Positions 1 to 12,758 of a DNA stretch of 64,000 nt are shown piece after piece (the first letter of the stretch is position 1; every line of letters starts with the position of its first letter). The DNA lies in contig CP075492.1 in NCBI GenBank assembly GCA_021613535.1, forward strand, positions 5,084,001 to 5,148,000, given 5' to 3'. Below the pieces are notes generated by a model that was not told the origin of the DNA, ran no database searches, and was given only the letters and a program-made list of their open reading frames with translations. Source of the stretch: Adineta vaga. Lineage: Eukaryota; Animalia; Rotifera. A program made the translations under genes and the position numbers.

Positions 1-195
1 ATGCTATGTTTTTGATCGATGGACACTTTCGTCGATTAAACACTCCAGCAGAAAGAAGAAAGGTCAGAAAAACCAAACGGGTATTGAGGTGGAGTGTGAG
101 TAGGTTAGGGTGAGGGTATAAATGTATGTGTATCAAGAATATAATTGTTCGAATCTTCACATCTTTACTCTCGTCCACGCTCATACGAGCAGTCA

Positions 196-339
196 TCCTA
201 TTCCGTGATGCTGAACATTTCGAAATCAGTTCCGGTCTAAAAACCAGTTCCCACTCATTCTCGGAATTCCACTCCAGAATTGCGTCGTGTACAAATTGGT
301 TGGAACTGATTCCGAAATATACACCCTCGTGGAATAGGA
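196..339. mobile_element. Small MITE-like hairpin element
   Basis: 38-bp imperfect inverted repeats 196-233 (tcctattcc...tttcgaaatcagttcc) and 302-339 (ggaactgattccgaaa...ggaatagga), 31/38 matching; no coding capacity. Confidence 0.55.
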
Positions 340-1075
340 ATTATTCTCTTCAGTCGATTAAAAAGTGTATACTCGAGATAAGAAAACAGTCTGAGAAATG
401 TAGTACTTTTAGACACATATATATATAAAAAATACAAAAAAAAAAACTCTTAACAGAACATGTGCATTATTTGTACACAGTATTATTGATCTTCTGTTCT
501 GTGTTTATTGAAATCGGAAGAAAGAATTCGTCCAATTTCATAATGGTATTTTTTTTAACTTGAGTGTCTATTGAATACATTCCAAAAAGAAACGATTGTC
601 AATTCATTTTGAAGACTTTTTTTCACCGAAACTAAGTTTTTTTCACTTGTTTGTCATTTAGCGTCGAACAGTTTTGTCAAGATCAAAAATGTTGTATGAT
701 TCTCATTTAATCATCCACGCATTGTCGACGATTTTTATAAAAATAAATTATTTTACGCATTTCACAATTGTTTTTATATACTTTATTTTTATCACAAGAT
801 GAAATTATTGAAATAGTAGATCTGCTATCTGACTATCGTTATTATTTCAAATCTTAATAAAGAAATTTTCTTTTCTGAAGAATAAATTAAGTCGATCTGT
901 CAAATGCTTTGTTGAATATATAATTTTTATGAAAGTACGTCAATTAATACTGAATAAAATAATACATCTGTTGGAAAATATTTATTTTTCTCAAAACGGA
1001 ACAAACGTTTTCTATATAATATAAGAATATCCATAGTTGCCGTTCATTTTTTCCACTCTTATTCTCTATAAAAAC

Positions 1076-4000
1076 ATGTTCTATATAAAATATATCTTTT
1101 TCATCCATTGTACTATGGCAATACCACAAATAAATCTTTATTTTACAACGAATGAAGTCACTGAACATGAATATAATGATGCAATAGGTATACGTTACAA
1201 TTGTTTTCGTCTTTCTTCAAATATGGATCAAGCAAGTCTTACTCGAGAAATTACATCTTATTGTCTAAGTGAACCATCAACAAAATTTCCTATTACAAAT
1301 GATATATCATTACAAATCTATTCTTTTTCAAATCTTGCGAAACAGAATGTAACAAGTGAAGAATTATATCGTTGGTCAACATCAATTGATATCATTGAAC
1401 AATATCAAATCTATTTAGAATCAAATGATCCATTATTAGCAAGAGAAATCTTCTATAATTGTACATTACCAAGATTTGGACCAATGTGTCAATATGAATT
1501 ATACTATTATTATGAGAATTATTCAACGTTATATGAAATGATTCATGCTTATTATGAAATGTATCCATATAATCCAACTAACTTGACTTGTTATGTTCAT
1601 CTAAAATGTAATCGTGGTTATTCACCAGCATGTTTAGATTGGACAGAAATTTGTGATGGTAAACTTGATTGTCTTGATGGAGAATACGATGAAGAACATT
1701 GTTGGCAACTTGAATTTAATGAATGTCAACAAAATGAATACAAATGTACAATTGGACAATGTATACCTAAGGAATTTGTTCAAGATGATTTAAAGAATTT
1801 TGATTGTATTGATAGATCGGATGAAAATTCACGATTTCTTCATAGTTATGAAAGATCTGATAAACATGAACCGGCGTTTGCATTTGAAGATGTTACATGT
1901 GAAAGTACATTTCTAACAAGTTCTTGTATACAAATACGACATTATTTACTATCACAATCGATGTTTTCAATTAAAGATAATTCTGTCTCAGATAAATGTT
2001 GGTCAGCTTTAAAATGTTATTTTGCTTTATCATATAAAAATGACTCCGAAATTACTAACGATATTATCGACAATGATTGTATACCTACTATGAAAGAAAC
2101 TTGTCCAGATATGTTATATGTTCCAACTATTCCAACATTCTTTAATCATATTTATACAGTTTACAAGAAGAATGATTTACCATATATTAACAATTATATT
2201 CTACCTTATTTATGTTCGAACAAATCTTTTTTCAGTGTTGGATCACTCGATCTAGTTCTTGATTTGTCAATGAAAAATACAACTTGTTTTAAGATATCTC
2301 ATTCATCAAACATAATGATGAGTAACATACCTGATTGGTCATCCCGATATCAGATGTCTATGGAAAGTATATTCCAACAAATAAAACAACTCGAACTAAT
2401 AACTAATTTTCCTCACAATCGATGCAATGAATCCAATGTGTATCAATGTAAGAATTCATTGAAATGTATATCATTTCATCGTTTAATGAATGGTATATCT
2501 GATTGTCCTTACAATGATGATGAAAATATATTTGAAGAAACAAATCTTGAGTTATTCGAGAAATTAAAATTTCAATATTATCAATGTTATTTTACCGGTA
2601 AATACATACCTCAATCAGCAATTTTAAATACAAAGTGTGATTGTGGTCGACTTGAAAATTTCTTTTGTGAAGATGAAAATGAAATCGAAAACTTTACAAA
2701 ACGAACTGTATCATTTCAAACTATTTGTGATGGTTTTCAAGAACTATATCCTTTGATGATTGATGATAAAAATGAAACAGATGAAACAAAATGTGAACAA
2801 TGGGAATGTGATAATATTTATACTCATTGTGATGGAATATGGAATTGCTTATACGGAGAAGATGAAATGAATTGTAATTCATCACCAGTGCTATTGAATT
2901 GTTCTTCGGATCAACGACTATGTGTAACAAGAAATACATCAGAATTAACATGTTTATCAATCAATAAAATAAATGATGGTATAGTCGATTGTCTTGGTGG
3001 TACTGATGAACAAAACTTATGTCCACCAACAGTTATATATAGAGAAAGAAGATTTTATTGTATGAACAAACATCCTTTGAGATGTCTTAAATTTCTTCAG
3101 TTATGTAATGGTTATGAAGATTGTTTATATGGAGATGATGAACAATTTTGTCAAAAAAATCGAACAATGTCAATGTATAATAGTATTTGTAAACCTGAAT
3201 ATTTATCGTTAGCTTCGGATGTTGAAAAATTTCTCTGTAATGCTTCAACGAGTGAGAACTATAAAGCAACAGTTAAATACTTTACAATTAATAGATTTCA
3301 TGAATCATTTCACAATGAAATAAATGACAATCAACAACTTAATGTGATAACTTTAGATGATTATAAACCAATTCCATTATTAGATAATCCTCGTTGTCAT
3401 CGTGGTCTCGATGTACGTATTTGGTTGAATAAATCATCGAATATTTATACAAGTGGATGTCTTTGTCCACCAAGTTATTATGGAAAACAATGTCAATATC
3501 AAAATCAACGTTTAAGTTTATCCATTCGATTTCATGCATCTGTTCAATCAAGAAAAATTCTATTTCTAATCTTAATTTTACTTCTTGATAATACAAATCA
3601 ACAAATTATTCATTCCTATGAACAATTTACTTATTTATCAATACGAGATTGTAAAATGAAATTTAATATCTATTTACTCTATTCAACTCGACCCAAATAT
3701 ATGAATAGAACTTATTCAATACATATGAATATTTATGAACAACATTCTTTACAATATCGAGGAAGTTTTTTCTATGCATTAAACTTTCTATTCTTACCAG
3801 TTCATCGTTTAGCATTCATTGTAAATATTCCATTCGAAAATAATTATCAAATTTGTTCGAATAGGAAATGTTATCATGGAAAATGTATAAAATATTTCAA
3901 TACAAAAGAAACATTTTGTCTATGTGAACAAGGATGGTCTGGACAACATTGTCATATACCATTTAATTGTACATGTTCATCGAATTCATTATGTATCGGT

Positions 4001-5830
4001 ACATTAAATAATCATCGATCAATATGTATTTGTCGAGAGAATTATTTTGGTTCTCAATGTTATATTCGAGATCGAATATGTGATAGAAATTCATGTGAAA
4101 ATAATGGCTTATGTATTGCGCATGATGATTTTATGTTGTCAACAAATCAAAACTATTTTTGTATTTGTCCAAAAGGTTTTAGTGAAAAACAATGTCAACG
4201 AAATGATACTCAAATTAATTTAGTTTTTGATAAAAATCTGTTTCTATCACATTCAGTTTTCATTCATTTTATTACAATTATTCCATTGAATCCATTTGCT
4301 TTTCGTATGACCAAATCTTCACCACAACGATTGACGACTTTACAAACAATATCTCAAGCAACGAATACTTTAAGAATATATTGGTCACAACCGTTTCATC
4401 TAGTTTTTATTGAAACATTAGATAAAACATTTTATTTAACTATTACACAGTCAATTTATAATTATTCAAGAATGATAACAAAAACAATTGATTTAACACA
4501 TCGTTGTCCATCAATAAATGAATTAGTGAGTAAAACTTTTGCTCAACTTCATCTACTTCATCGTATAAAATCTTATCATTTGATTTGTCAACAATATTCA
4601 CCGAATTTATCATGTTTTCATGATGATATTCATTTTTGTTTATGTTATGATCATCAAAATAAACGTTTAGCCAATTGTTTTCAATTCGATCATCACATGA
4701 AATTTGATTGTTTCGGACGAAACGAATGTGAAAATGATGGACAATGTTTTCAAGATTCACCTGATTGTCCTAAACGATCGATTTGTATTTGCCGTTCATG
4801 TTACTATGGAAATCGATGTCAATTTACTACCAGTGAATTTGGCTTATCACTTGATGCTATTTTAGCTTATCATATCATTCCCGATGCGAATATTTCTCAT
4901 CAAACATCAATTGTCAAACTTAGTTTTTCATTAACGATTCTATTTATAATTTTAGGATTGATCAATGGAATTCTTTCATTCTTAACATTTACAAGTAAAC
5001 GTATACTTAAAGTTGGCTGTGGAATATATTTATTAAGTTCATCAATAATAACAATCTTAATAATGATTTTATTTGGATTAAAATATTTTATTTATCTTTC
5101 AACACAAATATCAATATCATCGAATGAAGTATTTTTCAAAATTCAATGTTATTCATTAGATTTTCTTCTTCGAATTTGTCTTAATATGGATCAATGGTTA
5201 ACAGCATGTGTTGCAATGGAAAGAGCAATAACAGTTATTCAAGGTGTTAATTTTGTCAAAGATAAAAGTAAACGATTGGCAAAAAAGATTATAATTATTC
5301 TTTTAATAGTAATTATATTAACAGCATTACATGATCCTATACATCGTCGTTTGTTTCAAGAAGAAGATAATGAGAATGAGAATATGAGAAGAATCTGGTG
5401 TATTGTAAGTTATTCGACAAATTTACAAATTTATAATCGAATTATAAATACATTTCATTTCCTTATTCCATTTTTTATTAATTTAATTTCATCAATTATT
5501 TTAATTACAAAAAAATCTCATCGACAATTACGTTTTCAACGACATCGATCTTATAAAGTCATGCTACGTGAACGAGTTATAGATCATCGACATTTGTTAG
5601 CTGCACCGATTATATTATTTATTCTTGCATTACCACGATTATCTCTTTCTTATGTATCGAAATGTATGAATTCGTCAAAAGATGCTTGGATATTTCTTTT
5701 TGGATATTTCATTTCATTTATTCCATCAATGATTACTTTTCTTATCTTCGTTTTACCATCGCAATTTTATAGAAAAGAATACCGAAGATGTTTTATTGAT
5801 CGATCAAACACCATTCATCCGGCTCATTGA
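1076..5830 (+). CDS. Large intronless LDLa/EGF-repeat 7TM (rhodopsin-class) receptor
   Basis: Continuous ORF; first ATG at 1076 (track start is TTG); multiple LDLa repeats (CDGKLDCLDGEYDE, CDGIWNCLYGEDE), EGF repeats (CLCEQGWSGQHC), C-terminal 7 hydrophobic helices with ERA in the DRY position. Confidence 0.85.
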   Translation: MFYIKYIFFIHCTMAIPQINLYFTTNEVTEHEYNDAIGIRYNCFRLSSNMDQASLTREITSYCLSEPSTKFPITNDISLQIYSFSNLAKQNVTSEELYRWSTSIDIIEQYQIYLESNDPLLAREIFYNCTLPRFGPMCQYELYYYYENYSTLYEMIHAYYEMYPYNPTNLTCYVHLKCNRGYSPACLDWTEICDGKLDCLDGEYDEEHCWQLEFNECQQNEYKCTIGQCIPKEFVQDDLKNFDCIDRSDENSRFLHSYERSDKHEPAFAFEDVTCESTFLTSSCIQIRHYLLSQSMFSIKDNSVSDKCWSALKCYFALSYKNDSEITNDIIDNDCIPTMKETCPDMLYVPTIPTFFNHIYTVYKKNDLPYINNYILPYLCSNKSFFSVGSLDLVLDLSMKNTTCFKISHSSNIMMSNIPDWSSRYQMSMESIFQQIKQLELITNFPHNRCNESNVYQCKNSLKCISFHRLMNGISDCPYNDDENIFEETNLELFEKLKFQYYQCYFTGKYIPQSAILNTKCDCGRLENFFCEDENEIENFTKRTVSFQTICDGFQELYPLMIDDKNETDETKCEQWECDNIYTHCDGIWNCLYGEDEMNCNSSPVLLNCSSDQRLCVTRNTSELTCLSINKINDGIVDCLGGTDEQNLCPPTVIYRERRFYCMNKHPLRCLKFLQLCNGYEDCLYGDDEQFCQKNRTMSMYNSICKPEYLSLASDVEKFLCNASTSENYKATVKYFTINRFHESFHNEINDNQQLNVITLDDYKPIPLLDNPRCHRGLDVRIWLNKSSNIYTSGCLCPPSYYGKQCQYQNQRLSLSIRFHASVQSRKILFLILILLLDNTNQQIIHSYEQFTYLSIRDCKMKFNIYLLYSTRPKYMNRTYSIHMNIYEQHSLQYRGSFFYALNFLFLPVHRLAFIVNIPFENNYQICSNRKCYHGKCIKYFNTKETFCLCEQGWSGQHCHIPFNCTCSSNSLCIGTLNNHRSICICRENYFGSQCYIRDRICDRNSCENNGLCIAHDDFMLSTNQNYFCICPKGFSEKQCQRNDTQINLVFDKNLFLSHSVFIHFITIIPLNPFAFRMTKSSPQRLTTLQTISQATNTLRIYWSQPFHLVFIETLDKTFYLTITQSIYNYSRMITKTIDLTHRCPSINELVSKTFAQLHLLHRIKSYHLICQQYSPNLSCFHDDIHFCLCYDHQNKRLANCFQFDHHMKFDCFGRNECENDGQCFQDSPDCPKRSICICRSCYYGNRCQFTTSEFGLSLDAILAYHIIPDANISHQTSIVKLSFSLTILFIILGLINGILSFLTFTSKRILKVGCGIYLLSSSIITILIMILFGLKYFIYLSTQISISSNEVFFKIQCYSLDFLLRICLNMDQWLTACVAMERAITVIQGVNFVKDKSKRLAKKIIIILLIVIILTALHDPIHRRLFQEEDNENENMRRIWCIVSYSTNLQIYNRIINTFHFLIPFFINLISSIILITKKSHRQLRFQRHRSYKVMLRERVIDHRHLLAAPIILFILALPRLSLSYVSKCMNSSKDAWIFLFGYFISFIPSMITFLIFVLPSQFYRKEYRRCFIDRSNTIHPAH

Positions 5831-6334
5831 TTTCATACTTTTATTGAAAGTGCACATTGAAAAACAGAATAACATACGATACTAAAAATCTTTGAAAAAT
5901 ATTGATCTCTGTAAGACTATCTTCTCTATTTCTATATGTGTGTCAACTTTTAAACATTTTTATTTTTGGATTGTTTTATCCTACAGAAATCATATTATTA
6001 CAGGAAATACATCAATATATAGCGTGTCAAATACTCGATCGATATAAACTTACGAATGTCATTTCATTTTCACGATTTTTTTCTAAATCTAAACGTACAC
6101 TTATGACACACAACGATAAAAGTGCTGCTATAATCATGTTTGTGGAACTAATCTTTCTATTATATTCTTTATATCTGCCTATCTATCTTTCATACGCAAG
6201 ACTGCGGTGTATTTATTTAATTTGTTTATAAAAGAAAAAAGAAAAAAAGAAAAGTTGCCATTGCATTTTCATACATAACATAAAGAGTGATTTTATATTC
6301 TTATTCAATTCATTAAACAAAATCATATATTTTT

Positions 6335-8830
6335 ATGACAATGTCTGATCATGATGACGAACAACTTCGAATTTTACTAAGATTTATTTTGCATCTCAAT
6401 GAAGTCAATCAAGATTTACGTCGTTTGGTCTGTGATATTGAAGATGATAAAACATCAATTACAGCTGTTTGTCGTTATTATGAAGCATTCAATGAAATAC
6501 AGATGATGATAACATCGGGACCAAGTCTTAATTTAGTTGATTATCTTGTTGAATTAGATCGTTTAGATGATGCTCATCGATATTTCAAACAAATACATGA
6601 TGAAGATCAGCATAGACGTTCGGGACAATTGTATAATATTGGTTTGAAGAAACTGATCGAAGAAAGTGATGAATTAATCATGTTTCACAGTATTCCACTA
6701 AATTCCGATGATTTACTTGAATTATCAAAATCAACAACATATCAACCTATAAACCCTGAAGAAATGCAAGGTATTGGAAAATTGAATGCATTTCAGTCGA
6801 TAAAATCACGTGAGATGATTTGATTCTATTCTAGAATCGAGTCTAAGTGCATTTCGAATTATCTTCGATTGGTTTAAAGAACACGGTTATCAACAAGGTT
6901 TGATCAATCTATATGCGACTAAAAGAGGCAATATGATTTGCAGTTCACTAAAATTGTATATATATATATATCTTTATTAATTGTATCTTTCATTTTCTTA
7001 AAGATTAGGAGAATATTTAGCAAAGAAATCTGTTCGTCGTGCATCAATCAACTTGTTTACTGTTAGTCCTTGTCTGTCTTCATCTCGATCTTCTCTCAAT
7101 GGTGATATGATACGAGAACATATGAAAACACAATTAATGTATTTTCGCTTTTTTTAAAATTATTATTTCGATATGTCTTACATGAAGTAAACTGTTTGTT
7201 TTTTTTTCAGTCGATTAGGACATCGTATAGCACGTTCACCGGTATTTGGTAGTCGTGATACATCATCACGAAGAAATTCATTATTAGTACCTCCAAAACC
7301 TCACGAAGAGGAGAATACAATTAATGTTGATGGCATCGCTTCATCGATACGTTTCAGCAACGATCAAGAAGCCAACCGATATAAATATTTACTCGATGCA
7401 TTCGTTATTCTTCTTTTACGTGATGTTGACTTACTGTTCTATGTTTTCGAAGCAGAATTCAAATCGATAATTCTTCACAAATTAATCGAAATACCATTGA
7501 CCTATCTATACGAAGAAGCAAAACAACTTTGTAAAGCTATTAATGAATTAACAAATAAAATTTATCATGGAAAATTTGCATTTTATTCTCTTATTTCTGT
7601 TATTCGATGGTTTTATCGATCTAATCCACTTCTTACTCAGTTTTATCAAGTAAGATGACTTTTATGCTTAGCAAAGAATCGTAAAAATTACGAAAAGAAA
7701 GTATTCTGTTTATTCATAGGAAAGTGATCTAACATTATCACAACAACAATTCACGAATACACTCTTAACACTTTTTGAAAATTCAGTAAGAAGTTGAAAT
7801 AAAATCGAATTTTATTTGATTACTTTTTTTGTAGTTAATGGAATATCTTCGTCTGATTCTGAATGAAATTCAAAATGAATCATCACCAATAAGTTCAAAT
7901 TGTCAAGTACATTCATTAACGGTACATGTATTCGATTATATGGAAGATTATTTGAACTATGAAAGTATTATCACTACTGTTCATAAGAATCAAAATAGTA
8001 TTGTTCCATCGTGTATTTATATGGGTGAGTGTAGAGTTCTTATTTTTACTTCTAACGTCTCTTCTATTGGCATTGATTTCAGGTGAACTTTATCGAATAC
8101 TTTGTAGGAATATTTTTGAAAAAAGACCCGAATCTATTGTATATGATGATAGTGTTATTCGGGCAATATTTCTTCTCAATAATACCACTTATATTTTTAA
8201 ACGAATCGAAAGGTATGAAAAACATACGATCTTCATCTAAATATGTTTTCTTTTTTGTATTGAATTATCTCTTAGTTCATCTTTATTATCGATCATGGAA
8301 CTCATACATCCCAATCTAAAATCTAATATTGAAACTTACATTGAAAAAAGTATCAAAATCTATATGAAATGGTATATAATTCTATTTGAGATTTCTGTTC
8401 GAACAATGATCTTTTCTATTCATATAGTTGTTCGCCGATAATCACTGCTATGCAACAAATGTTTCATTATGATGACTTACATCATCTTCCAAATAATCAA
8501 GTAAATAAATAAATATGTATTTCAATTCTCTTCATAAACAGTTCTTTTTTTTCACAGTTAAAAGATTCTGATCGTAGTCAACTGAAGAGTAATTTTTTAA
8601 TGGTCAACACAGCTATTGATACATTTCGTCGACAGAATCAATCCTATGTTATCGATGATTCTCAATTACGCGATCGATTACGATCAGAACTTAAGACAAC
8701 CATATTAGATATGTTTACGAAATATTATACAAAATTTGCATCGAAAAATTTCACTCATCATCCAGAAAAATATATTCGATATAATCCGTCAACATTTAAT
8801 AATTTGATTGAACAACTTTTTGAAGATTGA
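6335..8830 (+). CDS. EXOC7: Exocyst complex component 7 (Exo70)-like, multi-exon, copy 1
   Basis: Exo70-type motifs: VHSLTVHVFDYM, IFLLNN, LRDRLRSELK, FTHHPEKYIRY; short GT-AG introns join the ORF pieces. Confidence 0.8.
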
Positions 8831-9074
8831 TTATATGATGATACAAATAATATCAACTATATTCATTATTCAAAAAGACATAAACTCAATATAAGGTTTC
8901 GTGTATGTTACTGATATTTATTTTCATTTGATAAAAGAAAATCGACAAAAAAAAGAACTAGACACATTATTCTTATCAGTTAAAGAACACGACATGTATA
9001 TGAGGATTGTTATAATCAAATAGCATTTAATTTTAAAAGTAAAGAATGAAAAGAAAAGCAAATATGCAATAAGT

Positions 9075-9439
9075 TTATTGATAATAATCAGTTGAAATAA
9101 CAATCTTCAATTGCCATGGTAATGCACATTTATTTAAATCGATCGGTAATTCAAGTGTTCGATTTCTTGTTAAATTTTTGAGACGAATCAATCGTTGTTC
9201 ACTTGAAATGTAAAGCGAAAGTGTATCACCTGGATTAAGATCATTTGGTGCAGTCAATTGACGATTTGCAGTTTTGTCGTAAATCTTCAAGAAATTGTAC
9301 CCAATATAATATATGCTGTTCATGATAGTCGTTCTTTACATAAGCTCTTTCCAATCTAGCTGTAAAAGCTTGGTGGCAATCCTTCATTTTGTTCAATGGA
9401 CTTTCTTCATAACCCTTACTGATGTCTGATAATTTTTTT
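9075..9439 (-). pseudogene. 5'-truncated, internally deleted copy of the B-box gene at 43218-44336
   Basis: Matches 43535-44336 but lacks 359-bp and 78-bp internal segments; frameshifted. Confidence 0.9.
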
Positions 9440-10874
9440 ACTAACGATGTTAAATGAGACAATCGTTTTCAACAAAATTGGTGAAGAAAGAAAAAGAAGA
9501 ATGTAAGCGACATCGTTCGTTTGTAGTTTTCTCTGTCGGCACTGTTTCATATTCAACACAATCCCAAACGTTATTTTAATGTTTTTAGAATGACGAAATA
9601 GCTATCAAGATTTCATACTATATATAACTTTTCTTATAAATGTGCGGTAGTTATCTAGTAAAAACTATATATTGTGCCTTCAATTACACTTTTAATACAT
9701 TGATTCACATTAACATACAGTAATAATATGTAATACGAACACTCGCTGACAATATTTGAATAGGTTAGATTGTTAAAACGAAAGAACGAATTATAATAAT
9801 AGTAACTTTGATAACTGTTATAGATGTTTTCTTCCTTTCATTTCTTTTTTTCCATGTAATAAAGATGATGAAAGTGTAAAAACCTTAAGAATGATTTGTA
9901 TGAAGTTCGTAAACATTTTATGTTGGAAAGTTTTCTTTTTTCCTTCATATAAATACTTTCGAATTATTTGATCTGTATTAATTTTCTGTCCAAGGAAATA
10001 AATATTCTCTGATAAAATATTCTGAGAATTTGAATATAAATATCACAAACTGTTTTTTTTCTCTTGATAAAAGACTAAAAACGGCTGTAGAATCTCAACA
10101 TATACGATCTAGTGCCGGCAATTGAAAAGGAATCCATAAGAATATTACTTGAAGTAAGTAGAGATTTTTAGATTGAATTTGTTTCGGAGAAGAAAATTGT
10201 AGTATTTTTCATCTCGAGGGTGTTGCTACTCTAAAAAACGTTCTCGTATTTCACAAAAACGTTTTGATGTGTAAAATTTTCTTTTTCACAATAAAGAAAA
10301 AATTCAATAATATAGGTGTTCTCACACCCTTTTCTTGGTTGAAAGAAAAAAAAACTAGAATAGCATCGTCTGCATTTTTAGTCTCCTATAGTAAGCCATT
10401 TCCGTGTTTCTTTCTCCTCTCAGCAGTAAAAATAAAATAAAAAATTCATTTTCCTACTCATACGTCATGTTATTTTCCAACACAGCTATAGTTACAACAT
10501 ACATCTTCTTATTGTTGACGCTAAATGAATTTCCAGTCATATTTGTGAAGCCTCTTTCAAATACACAAGCTGCGTCAAGTGCTTCCTGAGGGTGGGTTTG
10601 GCAAATACATGTTCTTTTAACAAAAGATCATAAAGAAACATCTGACAATTTAATACTACTAAATATTTTATATTAGAATATAAGTGAAGGAATTTCACTT
10701 ACGCAACTAAAATTCACTAAGTCTTCCTGTTAAGTGATAATATGTAATTTAGATCGATTCGTCGCGATACCGTTTCATGAATCAAGACTTTTTTTGTTGT
10801 TTTTATCAATGATTTATTCTTCGCGTACAAGCCATTACACAATTTTCAATATTTCTTTTCGCCTTTTCCTTTAG

Positions 10875-12315
10875 ATGGGTAGTTGCTGTGCTCGTTACTG
10901 TTGTTGCCGTTGTCCTTCTTGTTCCCGATGCATCTGCTGTCCCTGCTTCTCGCAATGTTCCTGTCATGAAAAGCAACCTTCAACCGCAAATCCAGTAGAG
11001 AAACCACCCGAAGAGTTAAATGAGGTACATACAATATCGACTAGTAATCAGAGTCCGATACCGCCCAAAAGCCTACAAGTATCTCGTGCCCCTACACCCG
11101 AACCTGATGGCGAGACATCATCGAGTAGTGAAGATCAACCGTCATCACCGCCTAAAACACGTCCACCAGAAAGATATAACAAGATTGGTATCACCACTGA
11201 AGATCCCTTACTTCTTATCAAAGGCTTTGAGAAAAAACCTCTCGTATCCCTTGAAGAAGCACTTCACATATTTCAAGGACGAATTCCTAATCTTGATGAT
11301 CAAATCAAAGAAGCAAAAGAAAAATGTTACTTCCCATCAAAACACAATCTCACTCACGACGAGTCCGCTGCTCTCTACCTGTACTTGCTCATAGGTGATG
11401 ACGATTCTGTTCGTAGTCATCTACAAAATGCATGGACCTCAAATAATCGAAAACAAATGAAACCATGGTTTCTATATCTGAGACTACTGAAGAATGGATT
11501 AGACAAATTACCAGATGTAAAGGTGGAAGTATGGCAAGGCATAGGATTCAATGAAGAAATGAAAAATATGCTGGAATCGAATTCATTATCGATGTATACT
11601 TGTATGAGTTTAGCTTCGCCATCGAGTGATCAAGTTAAGAATGATCTACGTGAACAGTCGAATGGAAAGATGATTCTTGTAGGATTTGACTCAGTGGGTG
11701 GAAAAGACGTGACAAACTATGTGCCCAAATCAATATCGGATCCGAAAAAGGATGATAAGAAAGACAAGAAGCGAGAAACATTGCTTTGGCCAGGTACTAA
11801 GGTGAACCGAGTAGGCTTGATGGTATTCGATGGAAACGGTTGTCTGATTGCACATCTGAAAGCGAAGCCTAGTAAGTAAATATTTGTTTTTTCGTTTACC
11901 TGAAATTGCTTAATTGATGATTGAGATTGAAAGATATTGGCACATAAAACATATCTCTACAGTTGAATGAATTCTGTATTTTGTAGATGACCCACCATCC
12001 ACACCACGAATAGTTGAAAACAGTGTACCGATAGAAGTACCAAAATCAAAACCAAAACAAAAGCATTTTACATGTCCATTGTCGAAAGATCCATATGCTT
12101 ATTTCACTCGCTATGAACGACAACAATGTCAGAATCGTTGCAGTGGTCGTCATGCTGAAAATCATTGTAATGGTTTTGATCGTATCTTTCATGCATGTTC
12201 GCATCATTGCGAACCTGTTGATTTCAGTTGTTCACGCTGTTCGAAACATATCGAAGTACTGTATAAATGCAAGAAATGTGACGAACGCTTTTGTAAACGT
12301 TGTTGCTTTAAATAA
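10875..12315 (+). CDS. Cys-rich N-terminus, Pro/Ser linker, degenerate arginine ADP-ribosyltransferase-like domain and C-terminal Cys/His finger
   Basis: PLVSLEEAL, LTHDESAALYLY, KPWFLYLRLL..LDKLP..VWQG resemble the bdelloid ART family; intron 11872-11986 joins in frame to the 12079-12315 ORF. Confidence 0.7.
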
Positions 12316-12758
12316 ATGTATTTTTTAGAAACGAACTCTCAGAAGTCTGGCAAAGGCTCCACAAAACTTATGAAACTTTAAATTATCCTAAAACTTACCT
12401 AAAAAAAACTAAGAATATCGAATAGTTATATCATCTCATTCATGAATATAGTCACTAGACGTTTTTGCAAGAACTGTAAACTATAAATATATCAAAGTGA
12501 GACAACTGTTCCCCTCTTCTCTATGATTGACACAGTATAAGCTAGACAATTTCTTTGAAACTACAGTGACCTATATAGTCGGAGTGTATGTTTTAGCATT
12601 AGTATTTTATTCTTTACATAGTTCTATGCTTTGTTTTATTAAGTTGCTTATAGAACAGTAAACATATGATTTTGTATACAACCATCTAGACTTTTATTAC
12701 TTCCAATAATATTTAAATCAACGAAGTGTAAACTAAGTACACTCATATACCCATTTTC

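Larger units (their letters stand above)
6052..9439 (+). repeat. Left arm of large inverted duplication (partner 43535-47368)
   Basis: Reverse complement of right arm including introns and intergenic DNA; near-identical ORFs in the track on opposite strands. Confidence 0.95.
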
